Part shown: positions 39,952 to 49,990 of the stretch, one piece after another | How the letters are laid out: the number at the start of each line of letters is the position of its first letter | How positions within the stretch are numbered: the first letter of the stretch is position 1 | NCBI GenBank assembly: GCA_964583985.1 | Contig: CAZOYD010000002.1 | Location: forward strand, 1 to 64,000 | DNA length: 64,000 bases | Direction of reading: 5' to 3' | DNA from: an uncultured archaeon | GTDB taxonomy: Archaea; Asgardarchaeota; Lokiarchaeia; Sigyniarchaeales; SOKP01 | Notes under the pieces: generated by a model | Database searches by the model: none | What the model saw: the letters and a program-made list of their open reading frames with translations, nothing else | What the model was told of the DNA's origin: nothing | Position numbers and translations under genes: made by a program

Positions 39952-41316
39952 TTATATTTCTATATGAAGAACATCTAGTTCTTTACAAATGAGTTGAGAA
40001 CCAAATAATTCCGCAAAAGAATTTGTGGTTCTTCCGTTATCTCCATTAATTAATTCCTTTATATATGTACCTCCTTGAGTTTTTATTGTAAATTCAAAAA
40101 GGTTAGATTTTAAATAACTCCCGTCTATTTCATAAATATATTTCTGTCTAACTTTATCAGCTCGTCGATGCGATACTCTTTCAGGCGTTCTTTGAGAGAT
40201 TTTCTTCCCAACAAGGTGATCTTTTAAGAGAATTATAAATTCATTAAATTGTGATCTTGTAATCTTATTCTCTGATTGTACGATTGCCTTGTATATTTTT
40301 TTTGTGTTTTCAGCATTGTTTTTTATTGAAATTACTTGATTTTTATTACTGAATTCTAAATCGTGAATCTCCACCCTTTTCCTTGTTATTCTGTTCACTC
40401 TCTTCTCAAGATTTCCAAGATTTAAAGTTCTAATCATTGGATTTTGTAATTCTAAAATAAATGGACGGCCTTTTCCGAGCATTTTCACATCAATATCTTC
40501 TCTTCCCGCACCATGAAATTTAACTCCCGTTGATTTTGATGCTTTTATAAATTCTGGGGCAATTAATTCCTCTACACTCGTTTGGTGTTGTTTTCCCGTA
40601 TAATTACAGATCTCACATCCCACTCCTTTACAAGTCCTACAATCCCAGTGCGTTTGAGGAATTCCCCTTATTAACTTATTGTATCGTCCAAAAATGAACA
40701 AAGATCTATTCACTAAATTGATTGAAAATGAATCAAAGCTCAATGAAAAAATAATGGTAATGTCTGGATTCGCAAAGTCGGTAGATTTATTAATACATGT
40801 TGATAATAATTTCCCTACTTCTCGATTAAAATGGCTCTTAAAGGACTCGGAACCTAATATTTTAAACTTGACCTTGAATTCATCCTCATTATTGATGATC
40901 TTACCATCTATATCTGTTCCTACTAAAAAGCTCTCATATTCCAGATTTTTTAGTCTTTTTGTTGCTTCTGAAGCATATTTTGTTAAATCTGAAAAAATAT
41001 CATTACAAAGATAGCAAGGAGGTTTAGATCCTTCATTAACAAATGGCAATCCTTCTTTTTCCAAGACTTTTATAGCAGGTATAAATTTCGCTTTTTCAGC
41101 CAATAACCTTAAATAATTAACAGTATCACTATTTTTTTCATTATTAGATAAGTAATTTTCATGCAATTGCATCGTGAGGGTCAGTAAGATAGAATTTCCT
41201 CTTTCGAAATTAGTTGTATTTGTAGCATAAAGAGAGAACATCCTACCTAAACAATGAGGACAAATATAATTATCATGGTAAATCTCTAATACTTTCTCGC
41301 TAATTGTCATGTTCAA
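39952..41316 (-). CDS. pus10: tRNA pseudouridine(54/55) synthase Pus10
   Basis: CPHCLGR, GRYNKLIRGIPQTHW, FHGAGREDIDV, QRTPERV.HRR, GGTYIKEL. Confidence 0.95.
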   Translation of the reverse strand: MNMTISEKVLEIYHDNYICPHCLGRMFSLYATNTTNFERGNSILLTLTMQLHENYLSNNEKNSDTVNYLRLLAEKAKFIPAIKVLEKEGLPFVNEGSKPPCYLCNDIFSDLTKYASEATKRLKNLEYESFLVGTDIDGKIINNEDEFKVKFKILGSESFKSHFNREVGKLLSTCINKSTDFANPDITIIFSLSFDSFSINLVNRSLFIFGRYNKLIRGIPQTHWDCRTCKGVGCEICNYTGKQHQTSVEELIAPEFIKASKSTGVKFHGAGREDIDVKMLGKGRPFILELQNPMIRTLNLGNLEKRVNRITRKRVEIHDLEFSNKNQVISIKNNAENTKKIYKAIVQSENKITRSQFNEFIILLKDHLVGKKISQRTPERVSHRRADKVRQKYIYEIDGSYLKSNLFEFTIKTQGGTYIKELINGDNGRTTNSFAELFGSQLICKELDVLHIEI

Positions 41317-41400
41317 TTGATAAAAGAAAGCATTCTATTTTTCTTTTCTTATTTACATAAAAAATAAAAATTAAAAAAAAAAGAGGTTAAAAGTTCTAGA

Positions 41401-42744
41401 TTAATTTTTCTCCCATTCAAAATCAAGCTTTACAAACTTTTTCGTGTAGAAGTAAGAGGCAAGTAAGATCACAGAGCATATAGGCCCCCACAATACCAAT
41501 CCTAAGGAATAAGTTAAACTCCCAACGGTTATAGGTGCTAATGCCAAAATTGATCCTACAATTAAAGGTCCAAAGGCTTGAAATATGTTAAGTACGATAC
41601 TCGGAAAGCCAACGTAAATACCTGCTTTCAATTCTCCTGTTTTTTTTTCGTCATCTTCCGCTAAATCTGCATAGTAGATATATGGAAAGAGATACCATCC
41701 TCCTAAGGCAGTTGCAATAATTAGAATAAAAATAATTCCAAATATTATGTTACTTGCAAATGGAATTAATCCAATTAATGATACTGGTAATAAGATCACA
41801 GCGAACAAAAATAAATATAATAGAGTTTGCTTTTTCCCTTTGTGTTGAATTAATCTTCTCCATGTATATAAAGCTCCAAATATACCCAAAACTAAAAATA
41901 TGGCAACAATATAATAATTTATACCGCTTAATCCTAAGACCTGTGCCACGAACACTAGCATGACGGTGGTAATTATTGACCATGCAAAACTTGCTATTCC
42001 CTGCATAAACACGATTAGCATATAATTTTTATTTCTAATAATTGTAATTAGGTTTTTAATTAAACTGGAATCCATTTTAAAATTGGGTTCTGTAGGCATT
42101 GTAAAGACGCTTGTGATATAGAAAATTATTACAATGATACCAAAGATGATAATTGGATATAAAACCAAGCTTGGAATTACATTGATTATATTATCAAATG
42201 ATGGAGTTAGAATCAGTAATGTAAAAAGAAGCATTATTGTATTACCAATATAGTTCATAGTGTTTTGGATTTGAGATACTTTAGGGCGTTCTCCCGAAGG
42301 AAATTGTTCTGCCATCCACGCTTGATATGGTGTAGTGACAGAATAAGATACTCTAAAAGTGATATCCCAAATTAATAACCAGATAAAAACAGCCATTTTA
42401 TCACTCATATTCGGTAAAAACAATGGAGGTAGCATCAGAAAAATGAAAGAAATTCCAAGAAATGGTGCCAGAATAAACACATAAGGTTTTCTCCTTCCCC
42501 ATTTCGTGTATTTCCTATCGCTTATCCATCCAAAAATAAACTGAGAAGCAGCAATGCTAAGATATCCCATTGCTTGAGCAAAACCAACAAGAAGTGATGG
42601 AACTCCATATCCAACATAATATAATGCAAACAATGCAGTACCCTCGATTCCAAGAACGATTGAACTTCCGATTCTTGGTGCACTAAAGTTAATTTTTCTG
42701 CCGGTGGAAGTATTTGGTCTAATAATCTCTGAAAGATCACTCAT
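41401..42744 (-). CDS. MFS transporter (GPH/MelB-like)
   Basis: GWISDRKYTKWGRRKPY, PYQAW..E, ADLAEDDE; about 12 TM. Confidence 0.9.
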   Translation of the reverse strand: MSDLSEIIRPNTSTGRKINFSAPRIGSSIVLGIEGTALFALYYVGYGVPSLLVGFAQAMGYLSIAASQFIFGWISDRKYTKWGRRKPYVFILAPFLGISFIFLMLPPLFLPNMSDKMAVFIWLLIWDITFRVSYSVTTPYQAWMAEQFPSGERPKVSQIQNTMNYIGNTIMLLFTLLILTPSFDNIINVIPSLVLYPIIIFGIIVIIFYITSVFTMPTEPNFKMDSSLIKNLITIIRNKNYMLIVFMQGIASFAWSIITTVMLVFVAQVLGLSGINYYIVAIFLVLGIFGALYTWRRLIQHKGKKQTLLYLFLFAVILLPVSLIGLIPFASNIIFGIIFILIIATALGGWYLFPYIYYADLAEDDEKKTGELKAGIYVGFPSIVLNIFQAFGPLIVGSILALAPITVGSLTYSLGLVLWGPICSVILLASYFYTKKFVKLDFEWEKN

Positions 42745-42921
42745 ATAATTTCACAAAATTTCATTTTTTAATTAAATTAAATTAATTAATTTATAAATTA
42801 GATAAAGGGCTATTTAAGGATTTTAATTCTTTAAATACTTTTTAATATTTCTTAAATTAATAGAATTTTTTATCAAATCCTTTAATAATAATAGGGTTAA
42901 AATGCTAGTTACTCTTATCAA

Positions 42922-43149
42922 TTACTCGTCTTCCTCATCCCAACCGAGATCCTTTAGAATTGATTCAAAAGCTTCTGATTCTTTATCCAAAACAAATTCA
43001 TTCTCATATTCTGATGCGGGTCCCAGAAATTGGTTATTGAAATCATGAGGTTTCAGGTCGATGAGAGGCAGTAGAAACTCTACAGGTATTGGTCCTTGTA
43101 CTATTTTTGGTTCTTGCACCGATTAATCCTCTACTATTTCCATTGGGGC
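42922..43149 (-). pseudogene. Diverged duplicate of the 3' end of the adjacent roadblock gene
   Basis: APMEIVED*SVQEPKI...EFVLDKESEAFESILKDLGWDEEDE versus TPMEIEEDASVDEPII...EFVLDEESEAFESILKDLGWDEDEEK; in-frame TAA at 43123-43125. Confidence 0.8.
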
Positions 43150-43339
43150 ATGTAGGTTCCCTTCAAGAAATTATTACAAATTCAAATTCCAAAACAAATA
43201 ATTATATGAAATCACTTTGAGATTTCGAATGCGTATTTAAAAAAAGAAAGTTGATTAATCCTTGATTTAAAGAGCCTTTAGAAAAATATTCATTTTAAAA
43301 ATATTTTCGAAAAATTTTAAGATTTGTGAAAGAGGAAAT

Positions 43340-44314
43340 TTACTTTTCCTCATCTTCATCCCATCCAAGATCCTTTAGAATGGACTCAAAAGCCTCAGAT
43401 TCTTCATCTAATACAAATTCAACCTCATATTCAGGAGCTGCCTCAAATTCACCTTCAAAATTTGGAGGTGTTAATTCATCGAAGGAAGGTAAAGGACTAG
43501 TTGATATAGGTTCTTGATATATTATAGGTTCATCAACAGATGCATCTTCTTCAATTTCCATGGGAGTGTAATCTTCAAGAGGAATAGGAGGGATCTCATC
43601 ATCATATACCTTAAATTGGGAACTTGAATCCATTTGAACATGTTCTTGACGCTCAATTGTATCCCTTTCGATAGGGGATTCAACTGCTTTCTCATATTCC
43701 ATACCAATGGATTTTGGGATTGATACGATGTTGTTAGGAGGAGTTGTTTCTAGTTCACTCTCATCAACGCCTTCTTTTTCCCAAGTATCTAAAAATCCGA
43801 GTAAATCATCTAATGCTGCTTTATCTTGCTCCACAGATGGTTTGATTACTGATAATTCTTCTTCATCTATTTGGATCCCTAATTTCGCTTTTTCAGAATC
43901 GTCAAGAGACAGCGTCATTTCAGTGATTTTATCCCCCGAAATCAAACGATTTAGCTTTTTTGCCAATTCTCGTAGATATCCTAAGTAGTATCCGATTCTA
44001 AAGACATTTTTTAATCCCCCAAATACGATATATTCATCATTTATAGCTAATAGAATGCTATAACCAAAAGTATTATGAAGAATTATCTCCGTAAGCGCTC
44101 CGTGGGCTGTCGCTTCGCTTAATCGTAAACCTAGATCAATCAGTGCAGTACTTGAAGCAGAAGTTGCATCTGCATCTAATTCAGATGATGTAGCGGAAGC
44201 AACTTTGATTCCTACTCTTGAAAGAACTGCTAAATTCTCTAAATCTGTTTTTTTTTCCTCATTACTGAGGATATTCATCATGTTTTCTCTTATATCTTGA
44301 GCGAGGGACGACAT
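43340..44314 (-). CDS. Roadblock/LC7 domain protein with long acidic, Pro-rich tail
   Basis: AVLSRVGIKVAS...SASSTALIDLG...GALTEIIL..GYSILLAI..IGYYLGYLR pattern; D/E/P-rich C-terminal half. Confidence 0.78.
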   Translation of the reverse strand: MSSLAQDIRENMMNILSNEEKKTDLENLAVLSRVGIKVASATSSELDADATSASSTALIDLGLRLSEATAHGALTEIILHNTFGYSILLAINDEYIVFGGLKNVFRIGYYLGYLRELAKKLNRLISGDKITEMTLSLDDSEKAKLGIQIDEEELSVIKPSVEQDKAALDDLLGFLDTWEKEGVDESELETTPPNNIVSIPKSIGMEYEKAVESPIERDTIERQEHVQMDSSSQFKVYDDEIPPIPLEDYTPMEIEEDASVDEPIIYQEPISTSPLPSFDELTPPNFEGEFEAAPEYEVEFVLDEESEAFESILKDLGWDEDEEK

Positions 44315-44411
44315 TTTTCATCAAATATTGCAGATTGTGACTTTTAATACTAAAATAATAGTAAACAAATATCTATCTATTAAATCATATAATAAAGACT
44401 AATATATTTTT

Positions 44412-45137
44412 TTATGTTTCACTTAAAAATTTATTTAATGTCAATTGAGTAGATGGCGGTTTATCGATCTTTTTAAAGGAATATCCTGTTAATTCAGCGA
44501 TTAATTCTTCAATTTTTTTTATAAGCTCTTCTTTTAATAAATGTTCAGTATTGATTACAAAGATTTTCGTTTTGTTATTTCTTGAAATCAAAAACTCATC
44601 GTAGTATTCAAGGATTTTGAGTAAATATTCTCTTTTATGTTCATTCCATTCTTTTCTTACCGATTCTAAAGAGCCTCGTTGTTGAATGCGTTTTAAAATA
44701 GTTTCTGGTTCAGCAGTAAGGTAAATAACGTAATCTTCTCTCCAATCAACAGAAGTATAAGTGTTTAAAATGAGATCATAATCTTTACTCTTGAGATTTA
44801 ATCCTTTGGAGTATATCAAAACACAAATTGGAGTTCTATCAAGAATTATTATCCTTCCATTATATGTGCTATCAAAATTAATTATATTCTTATTCCGACG
44901 TATTAATTGCTGAAGGAAATGAATTTCACTCCTAAACCCAATATTTTTGTCAGTAGATCCAAATGGAAAGGGTGGATTTTTAATATAACGCTCTGGGAAG
45001 AATTTAAACTTATTATTATCATAATACTTTTTCTTTAACATGTTAAACACGGTAGTTTTACCCACGCCATGAGCGCCCGCTATCGAGATGACGATATTTG
45101 CCTTTTTTCCTTTATTTCGATAGGTTTTTTTACCCAA
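44412..45137 (-). CDS. Deoxynucleoside/thymidylate kinase family protein
   Basis: GAHGVGKT, ILDRT, VIYLTAEPETILKRIQQRG; C-terminal QLTLNKFL. Confidence 0.8.
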   Translation of the reverse strand: MGKKTYRNKGKKANIVISIAGAHGVGKTTVFNMLKKKYYDNNKFKFFPERYIKNPPFPFGSTDKNIGFRSEIHFLQQLIRRNKNIINFDSTYNGRIIILDRTPICVLIYSKGLNLKSKDYDLILNTYTSVDWREDYVIYLTAEPETILKRIQQRGSLESVRKEWNEHKREYLLKILEYYDEFLISRNNKTKIFVINTEHLLKEELIKKIEELIAELTGYSFKKIDKPPSTQLTLNKFLSET

Positions 45138-45247
45138 ATTTCAAACTCCAATCAAGTATTATGATTTTAAATTTCTATAATTAATAATACCACTAGAGAT
45201 ATGTAATTTTCTCATTATTAAAGTTGTATATTAAAGCATAAAGAGAA

Positions 45248-46342
45248 TCATGGAAATAAAGTGATATTAAAATAGATTATCAGAATAATTATGATATCAT
45301 ATATAATACTCGCTATTATTGTATTAAAAAGATTTCCATTGATTTCGTAAATAATTCCTAACACGGTAAATACCAAGAAGTTGATTAGAAAGAAATATAT
45401 TCCCCCTGGAAATGTAAAGAAGAGTAGGAGTCCAGAATAGATTAATGAGATTGATAAAATAATTGTAATTCGTCCTGTTAATTTGTTATCAAAATATTGT
45501 TTTAAAGCATTATGCAGTACCCCCCGATAGACAATCTCAGTCGATATAGTTCCTAAACATAATAATATTATTAAGGGAATAATCCAAATCAAACCCGCAT
45601 CCCTAATGATCTGATTCTCTTCAATTATATAAGTTTTAACATCATAAACGTTAATTCCAATGTTATACATAAAATCAATGAGAAAATTGGAAGAAAAATC
45701 GATTAAAATTAAGCAACTAGCTCCTACAATGCTGATTAAAATGGTGATGTAGATCTTGTTTTTTATTAAGAATAATCCCAATTTTTTGAAATCGTGTTTT
45801 TTAGAGTAGATATACCATATAGGATAGACACCAAAAATAATAATTGGTATTTGTTGCAGTAATAAGGTTGTCATACTTGGTTTATTTGGGTCCAAAGAGC
45901 TTGATTGACTCACGATTAAAATAATAATTAAAAATCGTAGAAAAATATAAATCATTAAGGAATTACTAAAAACATTAATACCTTCACGGACTGACCACGT
46001 GTCCTTCTTCACGGAGTACTTGTTCTCTGATACGAATTTTTTATTTGTAAATATAACTCCTGCTTTTTTTTGATATTTTTCTTCAGATGCTATTTTTGGT
46101 TGCTTGATAACTTTCTCTAATTTAGTATTACAAATGGGGCATTGTTCCAAAATTGGAGAGTTAATAATTGAACCACATTTAGAACATATTCGTGAATTTG
46201 ATTGAGGTTTTATAGATTGAGGTTTAGTTAACTTAGCTGCTAATTTTCCACAATTTGGGCAATAAGTTTCGGAATTAGCAATTTTAGCACCACAATGAAC
46301 ACAATACTTAATTTTCTTTACAGTTTCTTTATCATCAGACAT
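45248..46342 (-). CDS. Double zinc ribbon + degenerate CPBP-like membrane protein
   Basis: Four CxxC pairs; TM region with STEIVYRG but no catalytic His residues. Confidence 0.72.
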   Translation of the reverse strand: MSDDKETVKKIKYCVHCGAKIANSETYCPNCGKLAAKLTKPQSIKPQSNSRICSKCGSIINSPILEQCPICNTKLEKVIKQPKIASEEKYQKKAGVIFTNKKFVSENKYSVKKDTWSVREGINVFSNSLMIYIFLRFLIIILIVSQSSSLDPNKPSMTTLLLQQIPIIIFGVYPIWYIYSKKHDFKKLGLFLIKNKIYITILISIVGASCLILIDFSSNFLIDFMYNIGINVYDVKTYIIEENQIIRDAGLIWIIPLIILLCLGTISTEIVYRGVLHNALKQYFDNKLTGRITIILSISLIYSGLLLFFTFPGGIYFFLINFLVFTVLGIIYEINGNLFNTIIASIIYDIIIILIIYFNITLFP

Positions 46343-46521
46343 GATACATCATTGATAATAGCTATTCTACATTAAAAAAGGATTATTATTGTTTCTTAGT
46401 GCAATATGGAATCAATTATTTTATAGTTTATCATTATTAATATCATTTTATTAGGGTATTGAACCATTAAAATAGCGGATCAGACAATTTTATTGAAATA
46501 GTTAGAACAACCTCATTTTTA

Positions 46522-47760
46522 TCAAGATGAAAAGGCTAAGTTCCGTTGGGCAAGTTTTGATATTTCCATCATTATTAGCCCATGATAATAAGATATCGAA
46601 TCATAATATACTTCTCCATCATCTCTATTGGCATAAATCAGTGCTAAGTGTGCATTAAGGGCAGCTTTCATTAGTAATACAATTCCATTGTAGATAATAT
46701 TTGGACTCCATATTCCTCGTTCTGGATTTGCCCACCAAGTAGTATCTGAACATATACTTCGATCATAAAACCATTTTGCGGTATTATAATAATTTTCAAT
46801 GTTCCATTCTTTAGTTAAATCTAATGTATCTGCCAAATCCATTAATTTATTTAAGCTTTTGACAATTTTCCAATAATAATTGTGAATTTTATTATGAGTG
46901 TCATTCCAGAGAGGATAAGGATTATTATTTTTCAAATCCTCACAAGATGTACTCCAACTTGAATCCTTGGGTATAATTGTTTGTTTAGCTATAGGAAAAT
47001 ATTTATCGAGTTCTGAAATAAATTCAACTTTTATTTCATCCCGTTCTTCAATAAGATCAAATGTTTTACTTAAAAAAATCCTTTCATATTTTTTAATGTG
47101 ATGCCCAAATGTTTCAGCATCCATAGCTGTGATTATGTATTTATCTTTTTTCCCTTTATTATTCCCATTGTTGAAGAGATTCATCATTTCCTGGATAAAT
47201 TCTTTTGCTTTAATGTTATTAAATGAGATTTTATTACTTAATATATCATCTCTAAAGAATAATTGTAACCCATTTGGTGAACAAAATATCTCTTCAGAGG
47301 GCCAATCAATTGGACATGATATACCACTTATAATCACCCATTTGTATCCTAACTCTTGTATGTATTTAGCAGTTTTAGAACTAATAGAAAGTTCAGGTGG
47401 AAAAAATCCGTTTCTCTCCCAATTTGGAAATATTCTTTTAAGATCTTCTTCATTTAGTCTAATCTGGTTAAGGATTTCTTTTTGAGGTAGTAAAGGGATT
47501 ATTGGATGAAATTTAGCTGTGCCCAAAATTTCAATTTTATTATCTGATTCAAGGTTTTTAAATAAATCAAGCGTGTCACCTAAACCAAACTCATACAATA
47601 AATCAATAAGAATTGTGTTAATATTAACGCAGATTTTAACGGGGTGTTCTTCAAGCATATTTAGTAATGGTTTATAGCATTCTTTGTCGATTTTTTTTAA
47701 CACTTCAAAATCTTGAAAACTGGGTTGGTAAAAATGCAATATTGGTGCCCAAAATATCAT
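46522..47760 (-). CDS. Glycoside hydrolase family 57
   Basis: HFYQP, HPIIPL, GFFPPEL, AMDAETFGHH, SSW, SD..WW. Confidence 0.9.
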   Translation of the reverse strand: MIFWAPILHFYQPSFQDFEVLKKIDKECYKPLLNMLEEHPVKICVNINTILIDLLYEFGLGDTLDLFKNLESDNKIEILGTAKFHPIIPLLPQKEILNQIRLNEEDLKRIFPNWERNGFFPPELSISSKTAKYIQELGYKWVIISGISCPIDWPSEEIFCSPNGLQLFFRDDILSNKISFNNIKAKEFIQEMMNLFNNGNNKGKKDKYIITAMDAETFGHHIKKYERIFLSKTFDLIEERDEIKVEFISELDKYFPIAKQTIIPKDSSWSTSCEDLKNNNPYPLWNDTHNKIHNYYWKIVKSLNKLMDLADTLDLTKEWNIENYYNTAKWFYDRSICSDTTWWANPERGIWSPNIIYNGIVLLMKAALNAHLALIYANRDDGEVYYDSISYYHGLIMMEISKLAQRNLAFSS

Positions 47761-47818
47761 TTCAATTTCATTCCTTTATGGTTTTAGTAATAATTTTTCA
47801 ATTAGTATAAATGTTGCA

Positions 47819-49366
47819 TTATTTATAACTATCAATAGCCTCTTGACGTTTAAGACAAGAATTACATTTACCACATGGTTCTTGAAAATCTCCATAACAA
47901 CTCCATGTGATGCTAATAGGAACGTGTAATTTATGAGCAAGGTTAATAATTTCACGTTTTGTCTTTTTGGAAAACGGAAAGAAAAAACTAATTTTATGAA
48001 AATCTTTATCATGTTTTGAATTTGCAATTACTTCTTCAAGATTTTTGAAAAAAGAAGGTCTTGAATCAGGAAATTTTTGAAAATCCTCTTGAATATGTCC
48101 TCCAATGATAGTAGTTGCTCCGTACATCTCAGCAAAATAAGCCGCAGTGGAATAAAACATTAAATTTTTAAGCGGTATATACCCCTCGGGAGCATTTGTG
48201 GCAGAAGGGATGGGGTATCCTTCAAGGCGTAAATCAGTTGCCCCCATAACATAAGGAATGGATAATTCGATCAATTTGATTTTCATCATTTCAGCCAATT
48301 TCTTAGCGGCTTCTTTTTCTTTCTCAGGACGCCATTTATAATTCAAAGATAGGGCTATAATTTCATACCCTTCATTTATCGCCCAATAAAGTGAAGTAGC
48401 AGAGTCTATCCCACCTGAAAGCATCAATATCGCTCGCTTTTCAGAATTTTTAATTTCTGGCGCCAATTTTGCTTTCACCGCAGCCTCGATTGCCTTATTT
48501 AATGGATGTAATGTAAAATTCAATGCTTTAGATGTCACAATTCCATCTGTTGTAATATTACATCTCATAACATCAACCATTTCTGGACATAGTCCTAACT
48601 TTTGAGGAGCATTTTCATAAGAAATGAATTTAATATCAGGTTTGGGAATATTCAAGCCAATTGCCTTGATTTGTTCCAAAATTCTTTCAATCAATTGATT
48701 CATATTTGTAGTTTCCATTCCCACTAATTCATAGATCCTATTATTCTCTCCTATTCCTTCTGAAGCATTTAAGAAGGCAGCAACAGCATCTTCGATAAAT
48801 ATGGGTTGCGATGGAACTTTTCCATCACCTACCACAAAAATGGTTCCATCATAGATTTGTTCAATTAGATCTGGAATTAATTCATCACCGGGTCCTAATA
48901 TATAAGATGGCCGAAATATGACATAAGGAGTACTACCCTGGATTAATAGATCCTCTGCTTTCTTTTTTGAGAAGAAATAATTGTTTGTTGCCCAATCCTC
49001 TAAATCAATTTTACTTATTCCAAGTCCAGAGGGATAAATTATTCTCGATATCCCCCCCTTTTCTGCGGCGATTAAAAGATTCTTTAACCCATCTACATTG
49101 ACCTTTTGAAACTGTTCCTTTGTCCCACATACGGTATTGGCAAAATGGATTATTGCTTGACACCCATTAAAAGCATTCTTTAATTGTTCAACGTTAAAAT
49201 TTTCAATTACAAAAGGAGTGGCTCCTAATACTTTAATTTCTCCAATGAGTTCATCTCTACGGATTATTGCGTTCACTAACCATCCCCTTTTAATCGCTGC
49301 TTTTATAGTATTAGTTCCAAGATAACCATTCGCTCCGGTAATTGCTATCTTTTGAATGTTAGCCAT
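47819..49366 (-). CDS. queC: NAD(P)-binding SDR/epimerase domain fused to 7-cyano-7-deazaguanine synthase QueC
   Basis: N-terminal ITGANGYLG, Y..SK, RPSYILG; C-terminal SGGIDSAT, YIPLKN, FPDSRP, TWSCY...PCGKCNSCLKR. Confidence 0.87.
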   Translation of the reverse strand: MANIQKIAITGANGYLGTNTIKAAIKRGWLVNAIIRRDELIGEIKVLGATPFVIENFNVEQLKNAFNGCQAIIHFANTVCGTKEQFQKVNVDGLKNLLIAAEKGGISRIIYPSGLGISKIDLEDWATNNYFFSKKKAEDLLIQGSTPYVIFRPSYILGPGDELIPDLIEQIYDGTIFVVGDGKVPSQPIFIEDAVAAFLNASEGIGENNRIYELVGMETTNMNQLIERILEQIKAIGLNIPKPDIKFISYENAPQKLGLCPEMVDVMRCNITTDGIVTSKALNFTLHPLNKAIEAAVKAKLAPEIKNSEKRAILMLSGGIDSATSLYWAINEGYEIIALSLNYKWRPEKEKEAAKKLAEMMKIKLIELSIPYVMGATDLRLEGYPIPSATNAPEGYIPLKNLMFYSTAAYFAEMYGATTIIGGHIQEDFQKFPDSRPSFFKNLEEVIANSKHDKDFHKISFFFPFSKKTKREIINLAHKLHVPISITWSCYGDFQEPCGKCNSCLKRQEAIDSYK

Positions 49367-49515
49367 TATATTCTTAGTTATTTTTTTTTAATTTTTAAGA
49401 TTATCTGATATAAGTTAAAAGATACTTCTAATTTTGAAGAGATTAATTATTTTATGTTTAGTAAGGGAAAAATATAAAAATCTTCTAAATGAATTTTTTA
49501 CAGACTTGATAAGAT

Positions 49516-49983
49516 TTGATTCTTATGAGTTTTAAAGTAATAGTAAATAATAATAGAGTTAAATTTAGTGCAAGCCACTTTTTAAAGGAACCCTTTAAGT
49601 GTTCTCGGCTCCATGGTCATAATTATTATGTTTCAGTAGAAATTGAATCTCAATTAGATGATAATTATTTTGTAGTGGATTTTATTGAATTAAAAAAATC
49701 TTTAGAAAAAGTCGTAAAACCTTTAGATCATTCTTTTCTATTACCATCTTTATCCAAGGAACTTGTTATAATTAATCATGAAGATTCTGTTGAAATAACA
49801 ACTAAAAACGATAAAAAATATGTTTTTCCTAAATCTGATGTAGTGTTTTTACCTATACCAGCAACAACAAGTGAATTATTAGCAAAGTACATACATGAAA
49901 AGCTAAAGTCTATTTATACTAATAAAATAATTACAGTAAAATTAGAGGAAAGTAAAAGCAACATCGCAGTATATCAAGAATGA
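49516..49983 (+). CDS. queD: 6-carboxytetrahydropterin synthase (QueD/PTPS family)
   Basis: FSASH, CSRLHGHNY, VVDF, LDH, TSELLA. Confidence 0.88.
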   Translation: MILMSFKVIVNNNRVKFSASHFLKEPFKCSRLHGHNYYVSVEIESQLDDNYFVVDFIELKKSLEKVVKPLDHSFLLPSLSKELVIINHEDSVEITTKNDKKYVFPKSDVVFLPIPATTSELLAKYIHEKLKSIYTNKIITVKLEESKSNIAVYQE

Positions 49984-49990
49984 ATCCTAA

